From contig NC_043010.1 in assembly GCF_006345805.1 (NCBI RefSeq), positions 15,128,001 through 15,192,000 on the forward strand: 64,000 bases of DNA, in the 5' to 3' direction. Made by a program: the position numbers and the translations under genes. The notes beneath the pieces were generated by a model. That model was not told where the DNA came from. It did no database searches and saw only the letters and a list, made by a program, of their open reading frames with translations. Shown here one piece after another: positions 1 to 13,579 of the stretch. Every line of letters begins with the position of its first letter. Position 1 is the stretch's first letter. This DNA is from Octopus sinensis (Eukaryota).

Positions 1-170
1 TTGAGGGCTAATTGACTGCCATTTCTCAAAGATCCACTCAACATGCAGAAACTCATTCATCGGCCAATATTTTTCATATTTTGATAATATGCAAATTCTG
101 TCTCTCTCTCTTTCTCTCTCCATATATATGTGTGTGTGAGTGTTTATGTGTACATGTATGTGTGTATATG

Positions 171-225
<55 letters not shown>

Positions 226-416
226 ATATATATATATGTATTATATATATATATATGTATGTATATATATATATATTATATATATATATATATATATATT
301 TATATGTATATATGTATATATATATGTATGTGTATATATATATATATATAATAATAGTAAATATAGTTATGTTCTATATATATATATATAAATATTTATA
401 TATATAATTTATATAT

Positions 417-600
417 ATGGGGGGGGAGAATTCACAAAAAAAAAAAAAAAAAGACGAAGACAGGTGGTATAGACAACAAACAGATGTATTAGTTTAGCGC
501 CCGGGAAGTGAAAAAGTCTTTAACGTTTCGAGACTATGTTTTTCCACAGGATGAAACACAGAAACAAGGAGATAATTTATAGAATGTGTAGTGGTTAGCG
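417..600 (-). mobile_element. (TA)n-anchored family B element with degenerate HHR-like motif (518-551)
   Basis: Reverse complement reads CTGTGGA...GTCTC-GAAAC-GTT-AAAG. Homologous to 7298-7475 and 24530-24676. Confidence 0.55.
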
Positions 601-1106
601 ATGTATGTATATATGGCTGTGGAAAAAAAGCTTTAATACCTTTGTTCATTGAAATGATACTAGTCTAGATACATTAGTCGAAGTTAGTGCCAACGAAACA
701 CAGGTACTATGAACACGACGTGTAGAAATACCAAAAATTCATGGAGTCTTCAACGTTTTCAAATTATGTAGTTCTGTCGATTTATTATTCTGGCAAATCA
801 TAGAATTTATATGCTGGCAAGTTAGAAGATATAATGAAAGGGTCTGTATAATATTTTAAGATGTTTCACAAAAGGTAGGTATACAGTAAAAAAAAAAAAA
901 TGTATGGTAATTTATAATTTAGGAGATTTTGAAATTCATTCCGCAACTTAGTAATTGTAGGGAGACAAAACAAATATGGCATTGAGACATCGGGAAAAAA
1001 TTTACAACGACAGCGGAGGGAAAATATATCTTATCTAGCGTTAACCATCATTCACTGACGTAGTTTTGGAACGTTAATTGTAATTTATGCTTATGATTTA
1101 TAGTAA

Positions 1107-1470
1107 ACTAGCAGTATCGCCCGGCGTTGCTCAGGTTTGTAAGGGAAATAACTATAAAGCATTTTTAGAGAGTTATAGCCAAAAAATAGCAAAAAAATGG
1201 AAAAAAATGATGGTAATTTTTTTTTTTGTCCCCTAGACAGTTTATGGTTTTTGTTTCTGATTCTCGACCCCATGTCGAATTTATCGATTTTTTTCAGAAC
1301 TGGGAGAACTTTTCAAAATTTTCGCTGCGTTAGTTTTGAATTATGACATTGGGCTATGTGTGTGTCAAGTTTCATCAGAATCGGTTGAAAGCCGTGGTCA
1401 GGGTGAGGGTACAAGCAAACAGACACACAGAAACACGCACAGACAAACTGCCGTTTATATAGAGAGAGAT
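1107..1470 (+). mobile_element. Non-autonomous Helitron-like element (ACTAG...TATAGAGAGAT type)
   Basis: 5' ACTAGCAGTATCGCCCGGCGTTGCTC, 3' CAGACA repeats plus TTTATATAGAGAGAGAT. Near-identical copy at 56762-57144. Superfamily assignment is by resemblance. Confidence 0.55.
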
Positions 1471-1497
1471 TCTTTGTACTTGTTTTATAATTTTCCC

Positions 1498-1930
1498 GGA
1501 TCTTTTCGGTTTGAACGGCAGTTTTTTTTCTAGCGGTGTCATATGAAATTGTCACCCATAATTATGACCCTAGTATCGATCTATTGCATTTCAATCTGTT
1601 ATAGGGTTAGAGTTAGGGTTAGGGGTGGGGGGAAGGGTATCTTTTTTTCTTCACAAATGTAAATAAACCCAATCTGTTTCTTAAACGAGGGACATATGTG
1701 TGTCAGAATGGGACATATGTGTGCACAGAATGTTTTCATCTCAATAGACGTTGAAATTGCAGAAATTGAAGAAAAAAACAACAAATATCTTACAAACTAT
1801 AGAATTTTCTCAATAAAGCCAAGAGAAAAAGATGTTTTATAAACACATTCTACCAGTATACGAAGTTTAAAAGTATTTAATTACGTGGAAATTACTTTTA
1901 AAAAAACTGCCGTTCAAACCGAAAAGATCC
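1498..1930. mobile_element. MITE with ~30-bp TIRs (GGATCTTTTCGG...) and 8-bp TSD
   Basis: TIRs GGATCTTTTCGGTTTGAACGGCAGTTTTTT / AAAAAACTGCCGTTCAAACCGAAAAGATCC. TSD ATTTTCCC at 1490-97 and 1931-38. Confidence 0.85.
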
Positions 1931-2259
1931 ATTTTCCCTATTAGGTAATACAATTTTCAGAGCTTCGCGTAAACTGGCTTGAGAGGCTCGACCGTTAACT
2001 TGGTAAGGTACATTTGAAACTATAATAGACCAATCAATGTCATAATTTATATTCTTAGGTACTCTTAGATTCAGCTTGTAAGTTGACACATTTAATTCTT
2101 CATCAACGGAGGAATAATTATAAACAAACATTCTTTTCTTGACTGAATTAGTTAGAGCTAAGGTAACAACAAACACAACAAAATAATGTGAAGTGCTGGT
2201 ATAAATTAAGATAAACGTTCAAAAGTACCTTACGGAAAATGGTTATTATTACTTTATTA

Positions 2260-2819
2260 TTGGATTGTCCGAAAATTTCGTACCGATTTTTAAAGGAAAG
2301 AAAAAGGTCAATAAATACTTGCCATTACATTTTTAATCAACCAAATATGAAGCATTTTGTTGCACATTGCGTCTCCATCATTCCTTTTACTTGAAAATAC
2401 CCTTTTCCCAGAAGTGAGGGTGTTTCGTGGCAAAAAATTCATCAAAGTATCGTTTTACGTCATCCAAGGAATTGGAATTTTACCATTAAGACTATTCTGC
2501 AGAGACCTAAATAAGTGGAAATCCGAAGGAGCAATATCTGGTGAAAATGGAGGGTGGGTAACACATCCCAGCCGTGCTGCAGCAATTTTTGTCTGGTTCC
2601 CAAGGCATCAATTGCCGAAAATGAACTTATCTTCCATTTTAAAGAGTTACAGAATTAACACAGGTAATAGGAACATAAATCATCTTCCAGGTAAACATAG
2701 CTTAAACTGTGCTCTAAATGGAGGTGTAGTCATATCCTATTTTATGGACTCAACCATTTTTTAAAATAAGTCGAAAGGTAAGCGACTATAAATCGGCACG
2801 AACGTTCCGGACAACCCAA
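2260..2819 (-). mobile_element. Internally deleted mariner (DD34D) with both TIRs and TA TSD
   Basis: TIRs TTGGATTGTCCGAAAATTTCGTACCGATTT / AAATCGGCACGAACGTTCCGGACAACCCAA flanked by TA. Encodes a degenerate version of the YSPDIAPSDFHLF motif. Confidence 0.85.
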
Positions 2820-3155
2820 TAGATAGAAATATCTCTTCTAAATTTCTTCCCAATCAGTCAAGCAGTTTAGTCTTTGCTACATTTTTCTCTTTACCTTAAG
2901 AAATTACGTCATAACAGAAGCTCATACATTTTAAAACTATTATAAAAACTAATTACGATCACCACATTGTTTATCATATACGTGCTTCTATCTAAGCAAC
3001 AAACCCGTAATTCATACAATAATAGAAGTGTGACAAATGAGGACGACTGAAGAAAGCATACAATGGACGAAGATAATGCTATCCCCTCATTAGGTGTCGA
3101 TAAAATATCATTACAGTTTCGACATATTCTGAGCTTTCTGACAATCAATCAATCA

Positions 3156-3241
<86 letters not shown>

Positions 3242-3261
3242 ATATATATATATATATATAT

Positions 3262-3676
3262 ATTCTTTTATTTGTTTCAGTAATTTGACTGTGGCCATGC
3301 TGGAGCACCGCGTTTAGTCGAGCAAATCGACCCCAGGACTTATTCTTTATAAGCCTGGTACTTATTCTATCGATCTCTTTTGCCGAATCGCTAAGTTACG
3401 GGGACGTAAACACACCAGCGTTGGTTGTCAAGCGATGTTGGGGGGACAAACACAGACACACAAACATATACACACACATGCATATATATGTATATATATT
3501 ATACATATATACGACGGGCTTCTTTCAGTTTCCGTCTACCAAATCCACTCACAAGGCTTTGGTCGGCCCGAGGCTATAGTAGAAGACACTTGCCCAAGGT
3601 GCCACGCAGTGGGACTGAACCCGGACCATGTGGTCGTAAGCAAGCTACTTATCACACAGCCACTCTACGCACTCCT
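3262..3676 (-). mobile_element. tRNA-derived SINE, family B
   Basis: Matches the full + copy at 40064-40536, with an internal (TA)/(TG) microsatellite. Confidence 0.8.
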
Positions 3677-4461
3677 TATATATATATATTATATATATAT
3701 ATAAAAATATCTATATATATATATATCACTTCAGTAAAATTTAGATTCAGATTAATATGATACTTAAGTCAAAATCACCAGAATTTTGTATGGTATTATC
3801 CATATAAATCCATGGGGGTGATTATAATCAAAATAAGCAACAAGTATATCCACTTAGCGGTTCGGCAAAAGAGACCGATAGAATAAGTACTGGGCTTACA
3901 AAGAATAAGTCCTGGGGTCGATCTGCTCGACTAAAGGCGGTGCTCCAGCATGGCCGCAGTCAAATGACTGAAACAAGTAAAAGAGTAAAAGAGTAAAGAG
4001 TAAGGTCGTGTGGTACAATCGTTTCATGCTACTTCATTTTATTAAATATTGTAAGTATTACATCAGTTTTAAAATGTCGAGAAATCTTCAGCCACTTATA
4101 GAATTTTTCAATCAAACGGACAATGCACATTCTTATCTCTATTCCGTTTGCCAACATTATAAAGAGGGTAGATATGCAGACAGAGAGGTTGATTTCATTC
4201 TTAAGAACATGACAGTATTAAATTTACTCTGCGAGTGGGCAAACAAAAAAAAGATGTTCTCAGCACATGTAGTAAGTGTTATAATATTATCTTTTAAAGC
4301 AATTTGATTCGATCCCATACAACTTAAAGTTTCATAGGCTCGTCACAGGAACCTATCTCAAAAGGCTCGGCCGACTGAGCCGGTGAGCAAGTTCTCAAGC
4401 AGCAAAAACAACAACTACAACAACAGCAAAGACAACAATAAAAATAATGATAATGATAATA

Positions 4462-4506
<45 letters not shown>

Positions 4507-4598
4507 TACATACATATACACACATATATATATGCATGCATGTATATACAAACATATACCTACATACACACACACGTGTGTGTGTCTGTGTGTGTGTG

Positions 4599-4825
4599 TA
4601 GTAAAGTTTATTCGTCAACGTGAATTGGCCATCCTACGTAGGACTATGTTACTAAATTTTAAGCCCAGGAAATATATTTTCCATCTGGTTATCGGCACAT
4701 GATCTTATCTTCGAGATATATATGTGTCACTAACCAGGTGGAAAAGATGTTTTCCTGGGTTAAAAATTCGTAACGTAGTCCTACGTAGGATTACCACCTT
4801 ACGTTGGTAAACAAACTTTACTCTA
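4599..4825. mobile_element. Diverged foldback MITE with ~95-bp TIRs
   Basis: 4601-4691 is an imperfect reverse complement of 4731-4821, with shared ATCCTACGTAGGACTA. Confidence 0.6.
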
Positions 4826-4932
4826 TACGTAGATCTCATTCAAAGATTTAAAACTAGTTGGTTTTTCCATTTATCACATACATACATAATATACATCATA
4901 TTTACATACATATATAATATATATAATATATT

Positions 4933-4970
<38 letters not shown>

Positions 4971-4973
<3 letters not shown>

Positions 4974-5095
4974 GAGCGTAGGCTCGAAACGTAAAATACT
5001 TTTTCTATTCCTGAGCGCTATACTAACTTACATATGTTTGTTTGTACACCACCACCTGCCTTCGTTTTGTTTATTTTCGTAAACTTTCCCTTTAT
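4971..5095 (+). mobile_element. Family B element, 5'-truncated inside the HHR core
   Basis: (TA)n joins directly to GAAGAGC-GTAG-GCTC-GAAAC-GTA-AAA; family B 3' part follows. Confidence 0.65.
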
Positions 5096-5754
5096 ATACA
5101 TATATACATATATACATACATAACATAATATATGTAGTGTATATTATAATATATATAATATATATACATACATACATAATATATAGAGATAATGGGGTCA
5201 TTGGGACCCAAAGGTGTCAGGTAATGCTGAATAAGTGCTATAGACAGACCATAGTTAAGTTCCAGATTCGGTAATATTACGATTCGGTAATGTTACTATG
5301 TCAGCGTGTGTATATAAGAATTTTTTTCGTAATGAGATAAAAAAAAGCAAGGCTGTATAGATATTAGAGCATTTATAGATAGCTCTTACAATTGTTTCTA
5401 GGATATTAATTAACAATATCCGTTCATCGGAGACGGTGTGAGAGGATGGTTAAGTAATAGTTAATTTAGATAAGATACAAAATAGAGAGTGAGGTGGAGG
5501 AAAGAAAATAGATGTAAGATATGTAAGGGTATTGAATTTGTAAATCCGTTTTACAGGCATCATATCGACTTAACACCCATGTCTGTCCGTCCCCTCTGTG
5601 TTTAGCCCCTTGTGGGTAATAAAGAAATAGGTATTATAGTGTAAAAGATAGAGGAATGGCGGGGTTAAGAGGTGGAGGAAAGACCAATGTGTAGTAGTAG
5701 CTTCTAATTGTGAGGCAAAGATATGAAGAATTAAGGAAATAGCAGTGTTAAGTA

Positions 5755-7005
5755 GTCTGAGAAAATATATATGTGAAGATATGTATTATATATACATGTT
5801 ATATATCAAAAGATAAGTTACAAAAGATAAGTTACAGTCTGAGAAAATATATATGTGAAGATGTATATCACATGTATATATCAGATAAGTTACAAAAGAT
5901 AAGTTACAAAACGATAAGTTACAGTCTGAGAGAAAATATATATGTGAAGATGTATAAGTACAGTATATATAAGATAAGTTACAAAAGATAAGTTACAAAA
6001 GATAAGTTACAGTCTGAGAAAATATATATGTGAAGATGTATATACATGATAATCAGATACAAAGGTTACAAAAAGATAAGTTACAGTCTGAGAAAATATA
6101 TGTGTAGATGTAATATTACATGTTATATAAGTTCAGATAAGTTACAAAAGATAAGTTACAAAAGATAAGTTACAGTCTGAGAAAATATATATGTGAAGAT
6201 GTATATACATGTATATATCAGATAAGTTACAAAAGATAAGTTACAAAAGATAAGTTACAAAAGATAAGTTACAGTCTGAGAAAATATATATGTGAAGATG
6301 TATGATACATGTTATAAGATAAGTTACAAAAGATAAGTTACAGTCTGAGAAAATATATATGTGAAGATGTATATACATGTATATATCAGATAAGTTACAA
6401 AAGATAAGTTACAAAAGATAAGTTACAAAAGATAAGTTACAGTCTGAGAAAATATATATGTGAAGATGTATATACATGTATATATCAGATAAGTTACAAA
6501 AGATAAGTTACAAAAGATAAGTTACAGTCTGAGAAAATATATATGTGAAGATGTATATACATGTATATATCAGATAAGTTACAAAAGATAAGTTACAAAA
6601 GATAAGTTACAGTCTGAGAAAATATATATGTGAAGATGTATATACATGTATATATCAGATAAGTTACAAAAGATAAGTTACAGTCTGAGAAAATATATAT
6701 GTGAAGATGTATATACATGTATATATCAGATAAGTTACAAAAGATAAGTTACAAAAGATAAGTTACAGTCTGAGAAAATATATATGTGAAGATGTATATA
6801 CATGTATATATCAGATAAGTTACAAAAGATAAGTTACAAAAGATAAGTTACAGTCTGAGAAAATATATATGTGAAGATGTATATACATGTATATATCAGA
6901 TAAGTTACAAAATAAGTTCAAAAGAAAGTTTACAGTCTGAGAAAATGTATATGTGAAGATGTATATACATGTATATATCAGATAAGTTACAAAAGATAAG
7001 TTACA
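5755..7005 (+). repeat. Minisatellite: ~15 units of ~70-100 bp with a nested 14-bp subrepeat
   Basis: CAGTCTGAGAAAATATATATGTGAAGATGTATATACATGTATATATCA plus (GATAAGTTACAAAA)x2-4. Confidence 0.95.
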
Positions 7006-7297
7006 AATGCAATCGTTATTCGCATGTGTATGCCCTCATACACGCTCACTTATTGACTCATCCGCGTGTATCATCGCCCCCACATATGCATTTATATAGA
7101 CCTTTATATATTTATATATATGTTTACATATACCCACATGTATGCATATGTGCATACCTTCACTCGTACATATATACGCGCGTATGGGTGTGTGTGTGTG
7201 TGTATATGAATACGAATAAAGTCAGATTGTTGCATATGTGAGAAACTAGATAGGGATTATGAGTTAGAGTGTAAAATTTATAGGCTAATATATATAT

Positions 7298-7475
7298 ATA
7301 GGGAGAGTTTACGACAAAAACAAAAGACGAAGACAGGTGGCGTATAAAACAAACAGATGTATTAGTATAACGCTCAGGAATAATCTTTTACGTTTCGAGC
7401 CCACGCTCTTCTACAGAAAGTGACACAGAAAAAACAAGGAGAGAAAAAATGTGTGTAGTGGCTAACGATCTATCA
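7298..7475 (-). mobile_element. Family B element with variant HHR (7385-7420)
   Basis: Reverse complement: CTTT-CTGTAGA-A-GAGC-GTGG-GCTC-GAAAC-GTA-AAAG. Confidence 0.65.
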
Positions 7476-7505
7476 TATATATATAATTGTATGTATAATA
7501 TATAT

Positions 7506-7563
<58 letters not shown>

Positions 7564-8398
7564 TATATACATACAGTATGTATATATTGTATGTATGTCT
7601 AAGAGTGGAGGGGTGTCAGTGTGCGTGTAAAATTATACAAATGGTTAAGTATATTTGTTGGAGCAGCCTCGAGGACTGAACCACATTCCTCACGATTTCA
7701 TCTTTCTGCGATAACCATTCCATCGTAGTTTCCATCGAATTTAATAAAAATAAAGATAGCACCGGGCAAGCTACCATTGTTTATCCATATTTCTATCACA
7801 CAAATTTCATTGACACTGATATTTCTGATATACGTAGGCGTAAATGCATAAATATTTGTACATATTTGTGAATATATATATATATACATACATACATAGA
7901 CATATGCCAATAGAGAAAGATATATAAATATATATATTCATGTATATATATATATATATATATATATACATACATACATATACATATACACATATTGATA
8001 TTGTTATACAAAGGCATGTATCTCGCGATATGGAGTTTTATGACTAAGAAAGTTTTCAGTGTAAATGTATTGATGGTATGTGAAAGGTGAGTCTAGTTCA
8101 AATGTATCTACATAGTGCATATAGAATACACCTACGTCATTCAAAATTGCGAGGGAAAAAAATGAATGGAACAATAAAACAGCACATTCACAAATACAAT
8201 ACTTTGTTTCCGTTGGTGTGATATTTTTTCTACATCAATACGACAGAGAGAGAGAGAGAGAGAGAGAACAAAGGAGAGAGTAAATGTACGAGCGCCATAA
8301 AGCTATGTATATAGCGTATCATGAATATCAAACAGATAAAAAATAATACAGGCATGTGCACACAAAAACTTACACCAAATGCAGACTAACACACACGC

Positions 8399-8462
<64 letters not shown>

Positions 8463-8627
8463 TTAGCATTAGAACGTCCACATAGTGGATTCTCTCTTAT
8501 TTTTGTGCATATATATATATATATATATATATTTTTTATTTTATAGAAGGAGCTTCTACAGGACTAGAACTGTTTCATTCAAATGAAATCATCAGGAAGC
8601 TTGTATATGTATATATATACACACATA

Positions 8628-8662
<35 letters not shown>

Positions 8663-8775
8663 ATATATATACATATATATGTGTGTGTGTGTATACATAT
8701 ATATATGCATACATACACATATATATATATATGTATATATTATATTATATATATATATATATATGGTATGTATAT

Positions 8776-9148
8776 GAGCGCAAGCACATGGTTCCGGGTT
8801 CTGTCTTACTGCGTGGCAATGTGACCAAGTGTTTTCTGCTATAGCCTCGGGCCGACCAATGTCGTGTGAGTGGATGTGATAGATGGAAATTGAAAGAAGC
8901 CCGTCCTGTATATATATATATATATGCATGTGTTTGTCTGTGTGTGTTATTCTGTAAGTATTTGTCCCTGACCCACCACGCTTGACAACCGGATTTTGTG
9001 TATTTGTATTCCCGTGACTAAGTGGTTTAGCAAAAGCGACCAATAATGCAAGTACCAGGCTTAAGACATAGATATTGGGGTCGATTCGTTCACGTAAAAA
9101 CTCAAGGCGATGCTCCATCTTGGCCGCAGTCTAATGACTGAAAAAAAT
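8776..9148 (+). mobile_element. SINE family B, diverged
   Basis: Same head, core and tail blocks. Confidence 0.7.
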
Positions 9149-9156
9149 AATATATA

Positions 9157-9226
<70 letters not shown>

Positions 9227-9305
9227 AATATTAGGGAATAATCCAAAATTACACAGGGAAAAATCAGATTTAGGATTAAATCCAATTTTATAGTAAAATA
9301 TTATA

Positions 9306-9557
9306 TAATATTAATTCGAGACAAACCACTATTTTGCAAATCAAAACAAGGAAAGACTCAATCAATACATAAAAATTTTAATATCAAGTAAATAAATCGC
9401 CACTACAATTGTTTCATGTCTTCAAATGACATATGTCATTTGAAGACATGAAACAATTGTAGTGGCGGTTTATTTACTTTATATTAAATTTTTTATGTAT
9501 GATTAGTCTTTCCTTGTTTGTTTTGCAAAATAGTGGTTTTATCTCGAATTAATATTA
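9306..9557. repeat. Spacerless palindrome, axis at 9432/9433
   Basis: ...TTCAAATGACAT|ATGTCATTTGAA...; ~126-bp arms with a few indels. Confidence 0.9.
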
Positions 9558-9663
9558 CATATATATATATAGTATATATATATATGTATGTATGTATGTA
9601 TGGATGTATGTATGTATGTATGTATGTATGTATGTATTTATGTCTATCAATCTATCTATCTAC

Positions 9664-9722
<59 letters not shown>

Positions 9723-9792
9723 ATATAAAAGAGGAGAAAGTAAAAAGAATATAGGAAAGCTTCTGATAATGCTGCAAGTTTCCCAATACCTT

Positions 9793-10117
9793 TATACTTC
9801 AAGCGCAAAGACCCATCCTCAGAAGAGGGAAATATCTTGTTATAAAGGTCCCGTTAACCCATTCAAATGCCTAAGCACTATGTTAGTGGTAGCAGTCACT
9901 CTCCAATTATTGGAACAATTACCATGGTGCGTTGGCTACGGCAACAGTTAGATGTTTGTTTACACCAATGCTCGGATAGGTGATAACACAAGCATTTAGA
10001 GAGTGATTGCTTCCGCTGACATAAGGCCGAGAAATTTGAATAGGTGCACGGGACCTGTATAACTAGGCATTTACCAGACTCTTTCTTCTGAGGATGGGCC
10101 TTTGCGCCTGAAATATA
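9793..10117. mobile_element. MITE with ~34-bp TIRs, TA-flanked
   Basis: TATACTTCAAGCGCAAAGACCCATCCTCAGAAG / CTTCTGAGGATGGGCCTTTGCGCCTGAAATATA. Confidence 0.65.
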
Positions 10118-10608
10118 TATATATTTTTTGTGTAACTTTACGCATTGTCGTAAGCTATCCTATATTCCCTTTTCTTTCTCTTCTTTGATACTACACCGCT
10201 TCAAGAAAACTACAACGCTCATATGTGTGTGTGGGTGTGTGTCTTTGTGTGTCTATGTGTGAATGTGCGTGTATGTGTATGTCATTATTCAGATTTCTCT
10301 CAAGATTTCTTGCCAATAGAGAAAGAACGGGTTTCGAAATCTAGACCCAAGGCTCCTTCATTAGAATTTCAACAACAACAGGCTATTTTTGTATGTATGT
10401 ATGTATATATATATATATATATATATATACATACAGGCAGGGTTACGTGGTAAAAAATTTACCTCCCAATTACATGATTCTAGGTTCGGTGACACTGCGT
10501 GGCATCTGGGGCGTGAATTTCTAGAATTTACACACATAAAGACACACGTGAACATACATAAACACATACATACGCATACACAGACACACACACACACACA
10601 CGCATATA

Positions 10609-10813
10609 CTCTTTACTATTTTACCTGTTTTAGTCATTTGACTGCAGCCATGCTGAGCACCGACCTTAGTCGAACAAATCGACCCCAGGACTTATTCTTT
10701 GTAAGCCTAGTACTTATTCTTTCGCTCTCTTTTGCCTAATCGCTAAGTTACAAGGACGTAAACACACCAACATCGGTTGTCGAGCGTTGGTAAGGAGGCA
10801 AACACAGACAAAT

Positions 10814-10847
<34 letters not shown>

Positions 10848-10995
10848 CGGGCTTCTTTCAGTTTCCTTCAAACAAATCCACTCACAATGATTTTGGTCGC
10901 TCGAGGCTATAGTAGAAGACACTTACCCAAGATATCACAAAGTGGGACTGAACCCGGAACCATGTGGTTGGGAAGCTTCTTATCACAGCCGCTTC
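10609..10995 (-). mobile_element. SINE family B
   Basis: Same blocks. Confidence 0.75.
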
Positions 10996-11104
10996 TGCGC
11001 ACGCGCACACACACTATATATATAGTCATGTACATACATATATATATATGTATATGTCTATACTTATATATATATACGTATATATATTTACGTATATATA
11101 TGCA

Positions 11105-11152
<48 letters not shown>

Positions 11153-11669
11153 GCACATCCACAAATACACTCACTCACACACACGCATGCACAAACACAC
11201 ACACACACATACACACACGCACACATACATTTGTATGTGTCTGTACGTAAGTTTCAATAAAATAATAATCACCAATTAAGTACTGGGGACAACTTCCTCG
11301 TTTATTGCATTATTTTGTCTGGAATAGCCATAACGCTTTAAATATATTTAATTATTTACAACAATACAATTTATGTTCAGATTCTAGAACGATCTTCCAG
11401 CAGATAGATATATGTTTATGGTTAAATTTCGCTCAACTTCTAAACTTCTTTATATTAGAAATATCAGTGAAGGAGTCCATTTAAAGAGAATACTTCTGCT
11501 TCTCGAGTGCATAAGCAGCAAGCTATTTCCAATAAAATTACTATTCCTACGGTTTTCTGTTTTTTGTCACGTATTCCGTTATACAGTTTTACATATCTAT
11601 ATAACGATATATTCTGTAAGATATAATATTACAGCATAAAACACTTAAAAAAATATCAGCCACTATTTA

Positions 11670-12350
11670 TTGTTTATACACACACATATATACATATATA
11701 CATTCATACATACATACATACATACATACATACATACATGTATACATACATACATAGATACATTCATACATACATACATACATACATACATACATACATA
11801 CATACATACATACATACATACACACACCACATACATACATACATACATACACACACACACATACATACATACATAAATACATACATGCATACATACATGC
11901 ATACATACATACATACATACATATATACATACATACATACATACATACATACATACATACATACATACCTACATACATACATACATACATACATACACAC
12001 AACACACCATACACTACATACATACACACACACACATCATACATACATACATACACACACACACATACATACATACATAAATACATACATGCATACATAC
12101 ATGCATACATACATACATACATACATACATACATACATACACATACATACACACACACACATACATACATACATACATACACACACACACATACATACAT
12201 ACATACATACACACACACACATACATACATACATAAATACATACATGCATACATACATGCATACATACATACATACATACATATATACATACATACATAC
12301 ATACATACATACATACATGCATTCATATATAGACACATACATATATATAT
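11670..12350. repeat. Compound (CATA)n/(CA)n microsatellite
   Basis: Direct inspection. Confidence 0.95.
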
Positions 12351-12354
12351 ATGC

Positions 12355-12780
12355 AGTAATATACATCTGGAAGATCCTGGAAGGAATTGTGCCAAATTTT
12401 GGCATTGAAAGCTACACCAATGCCAGAACGGGACGACACTGCATAGTGCCAAAGATCCCAGCAATGCAATCACGCTTCAGGACCAGCTACTGCAACAGCC
12501 TGGGTTTCAAAGGCCCACAGCTTTTTAATATTCTCCCAAAGAGTCCGAGAAATTGCACAAAGTAGATGTAGGGTTTTTTAAATCAAAGTTGGACCTCTTC
12601 CTGTCGAGAGTCCCCGATGAGCCTACCTCACGGCAAGAGGTGCAAATGAGGGTAGCTACATTAAACTCCATTCTTCATCAAGTGCCACATATTAGAGGTG
12701 GCTCCTAGTAATAACAGTGTAGCGCAAAACGGCGGTGCAACAGCATGGCCGCAGCTCTGAGCTGAAACGTTAAAAAAATA
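12355..12780 (+). mobile_element. CR1/L2-type LINE 3' end
   Basis: IYIWKILEGIVPNFG...FKGPQLFNILPK; next frame KLDLFLSRVPDEP; 3' UTR stem-loop and A-rich tail. Confidence 0.75.
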
Positions 12781-12809
12781 AATATATATATACATACATA
12801 TATATATAT

Positions 12810-13307
12810 ACTAGCAGTATCGCCGGAGTTGCTCGGGTTTGTAAGGAAATAACTATATAAGCATTTTTAGAGAGTTACTTCCCTTATAGATGTCAATTCG
12901 GGCTTTCTTAGCCATTTCTGTTTTGGTGTCTTCAAGCCATGAAGTCGTTGTTCTAAAAGAACGCTGGTCTCCTTGACAACGCTTTACGACTTGATTTCCT
13001 TACACTCCCTTCCCCACAGCTTCACGAGGGAGAAGCAAACAGGTGCAGGTGTGACCATGGACGCCAACTCCACCGCCATCGACACACGAAAATTATGCAT
13101 TAAAATGGAATAAAAAATGATGTTAAATTATTTTTTAAAATCGTAGACTCATCGTAGACGCGCGCTAATACTCAGACGGGCTCGATATGAATCACGACTA
13201 TAAGATACCCGAATTTGATTAAACTGCACCGCAAAATGTGGGAGTAGTTAGGAATCTAAATTGAAGGGGACAGACACTCACACAACTACAGTTTTATATA
13301 TATAGAT
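12810..13307 (+). mobile_element. Helitron-like element, related subfamily (shared 5' end, different interior)
   Basis: First ~65 bp match 1107/56762; ends in TTTTATATATATAGAT. Confidence 0.5.
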
Positions 13308-13548
13308 ATGCGCATACATATAGATATATACAGACATATACTCTATATGTATGCGCATATATATACGCATATTTACTCATATTTGTATGTTTATCTTAAA
13401 AATATGACATATAGTTGCTATAAATTGTTATAAATATTAAATTTAGAATGCTTTTATTATTTACAATGAATTACATCCTGAAAGAGAAATTGTTAATATT
13501 TATGTATATTTTAAACTCAATTATCTATGTATGCATGTGTGTGCACGC

Positions 13549-13579
<31 letters not shown>

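Noticed and set aside
1605-1627. TTAGGG repeats as an interstitial telomere
   Set aside because: They sit at the same position inside each copy of a MITE (also ~16990 and ~57660).
1107-1930. Helitron-like element plus MITE as a composite unit (also 56762-57974)
   Set aside because: The intervening sequences differ and the first MITE has its own TSD, so these are independent insertions.
1898-2176. 92-aa minus-strand ORF with protein-like composition
   Set aside because: No recognisable motif; ORFs of this length are expected by chance in 64 kb, and it runs into a MITE.
5755-7005. CRISPR-like regular repeat array
   Set aside because: The intervening segments are copies of one 14-mer, not unique spacers; eukaryotic context.
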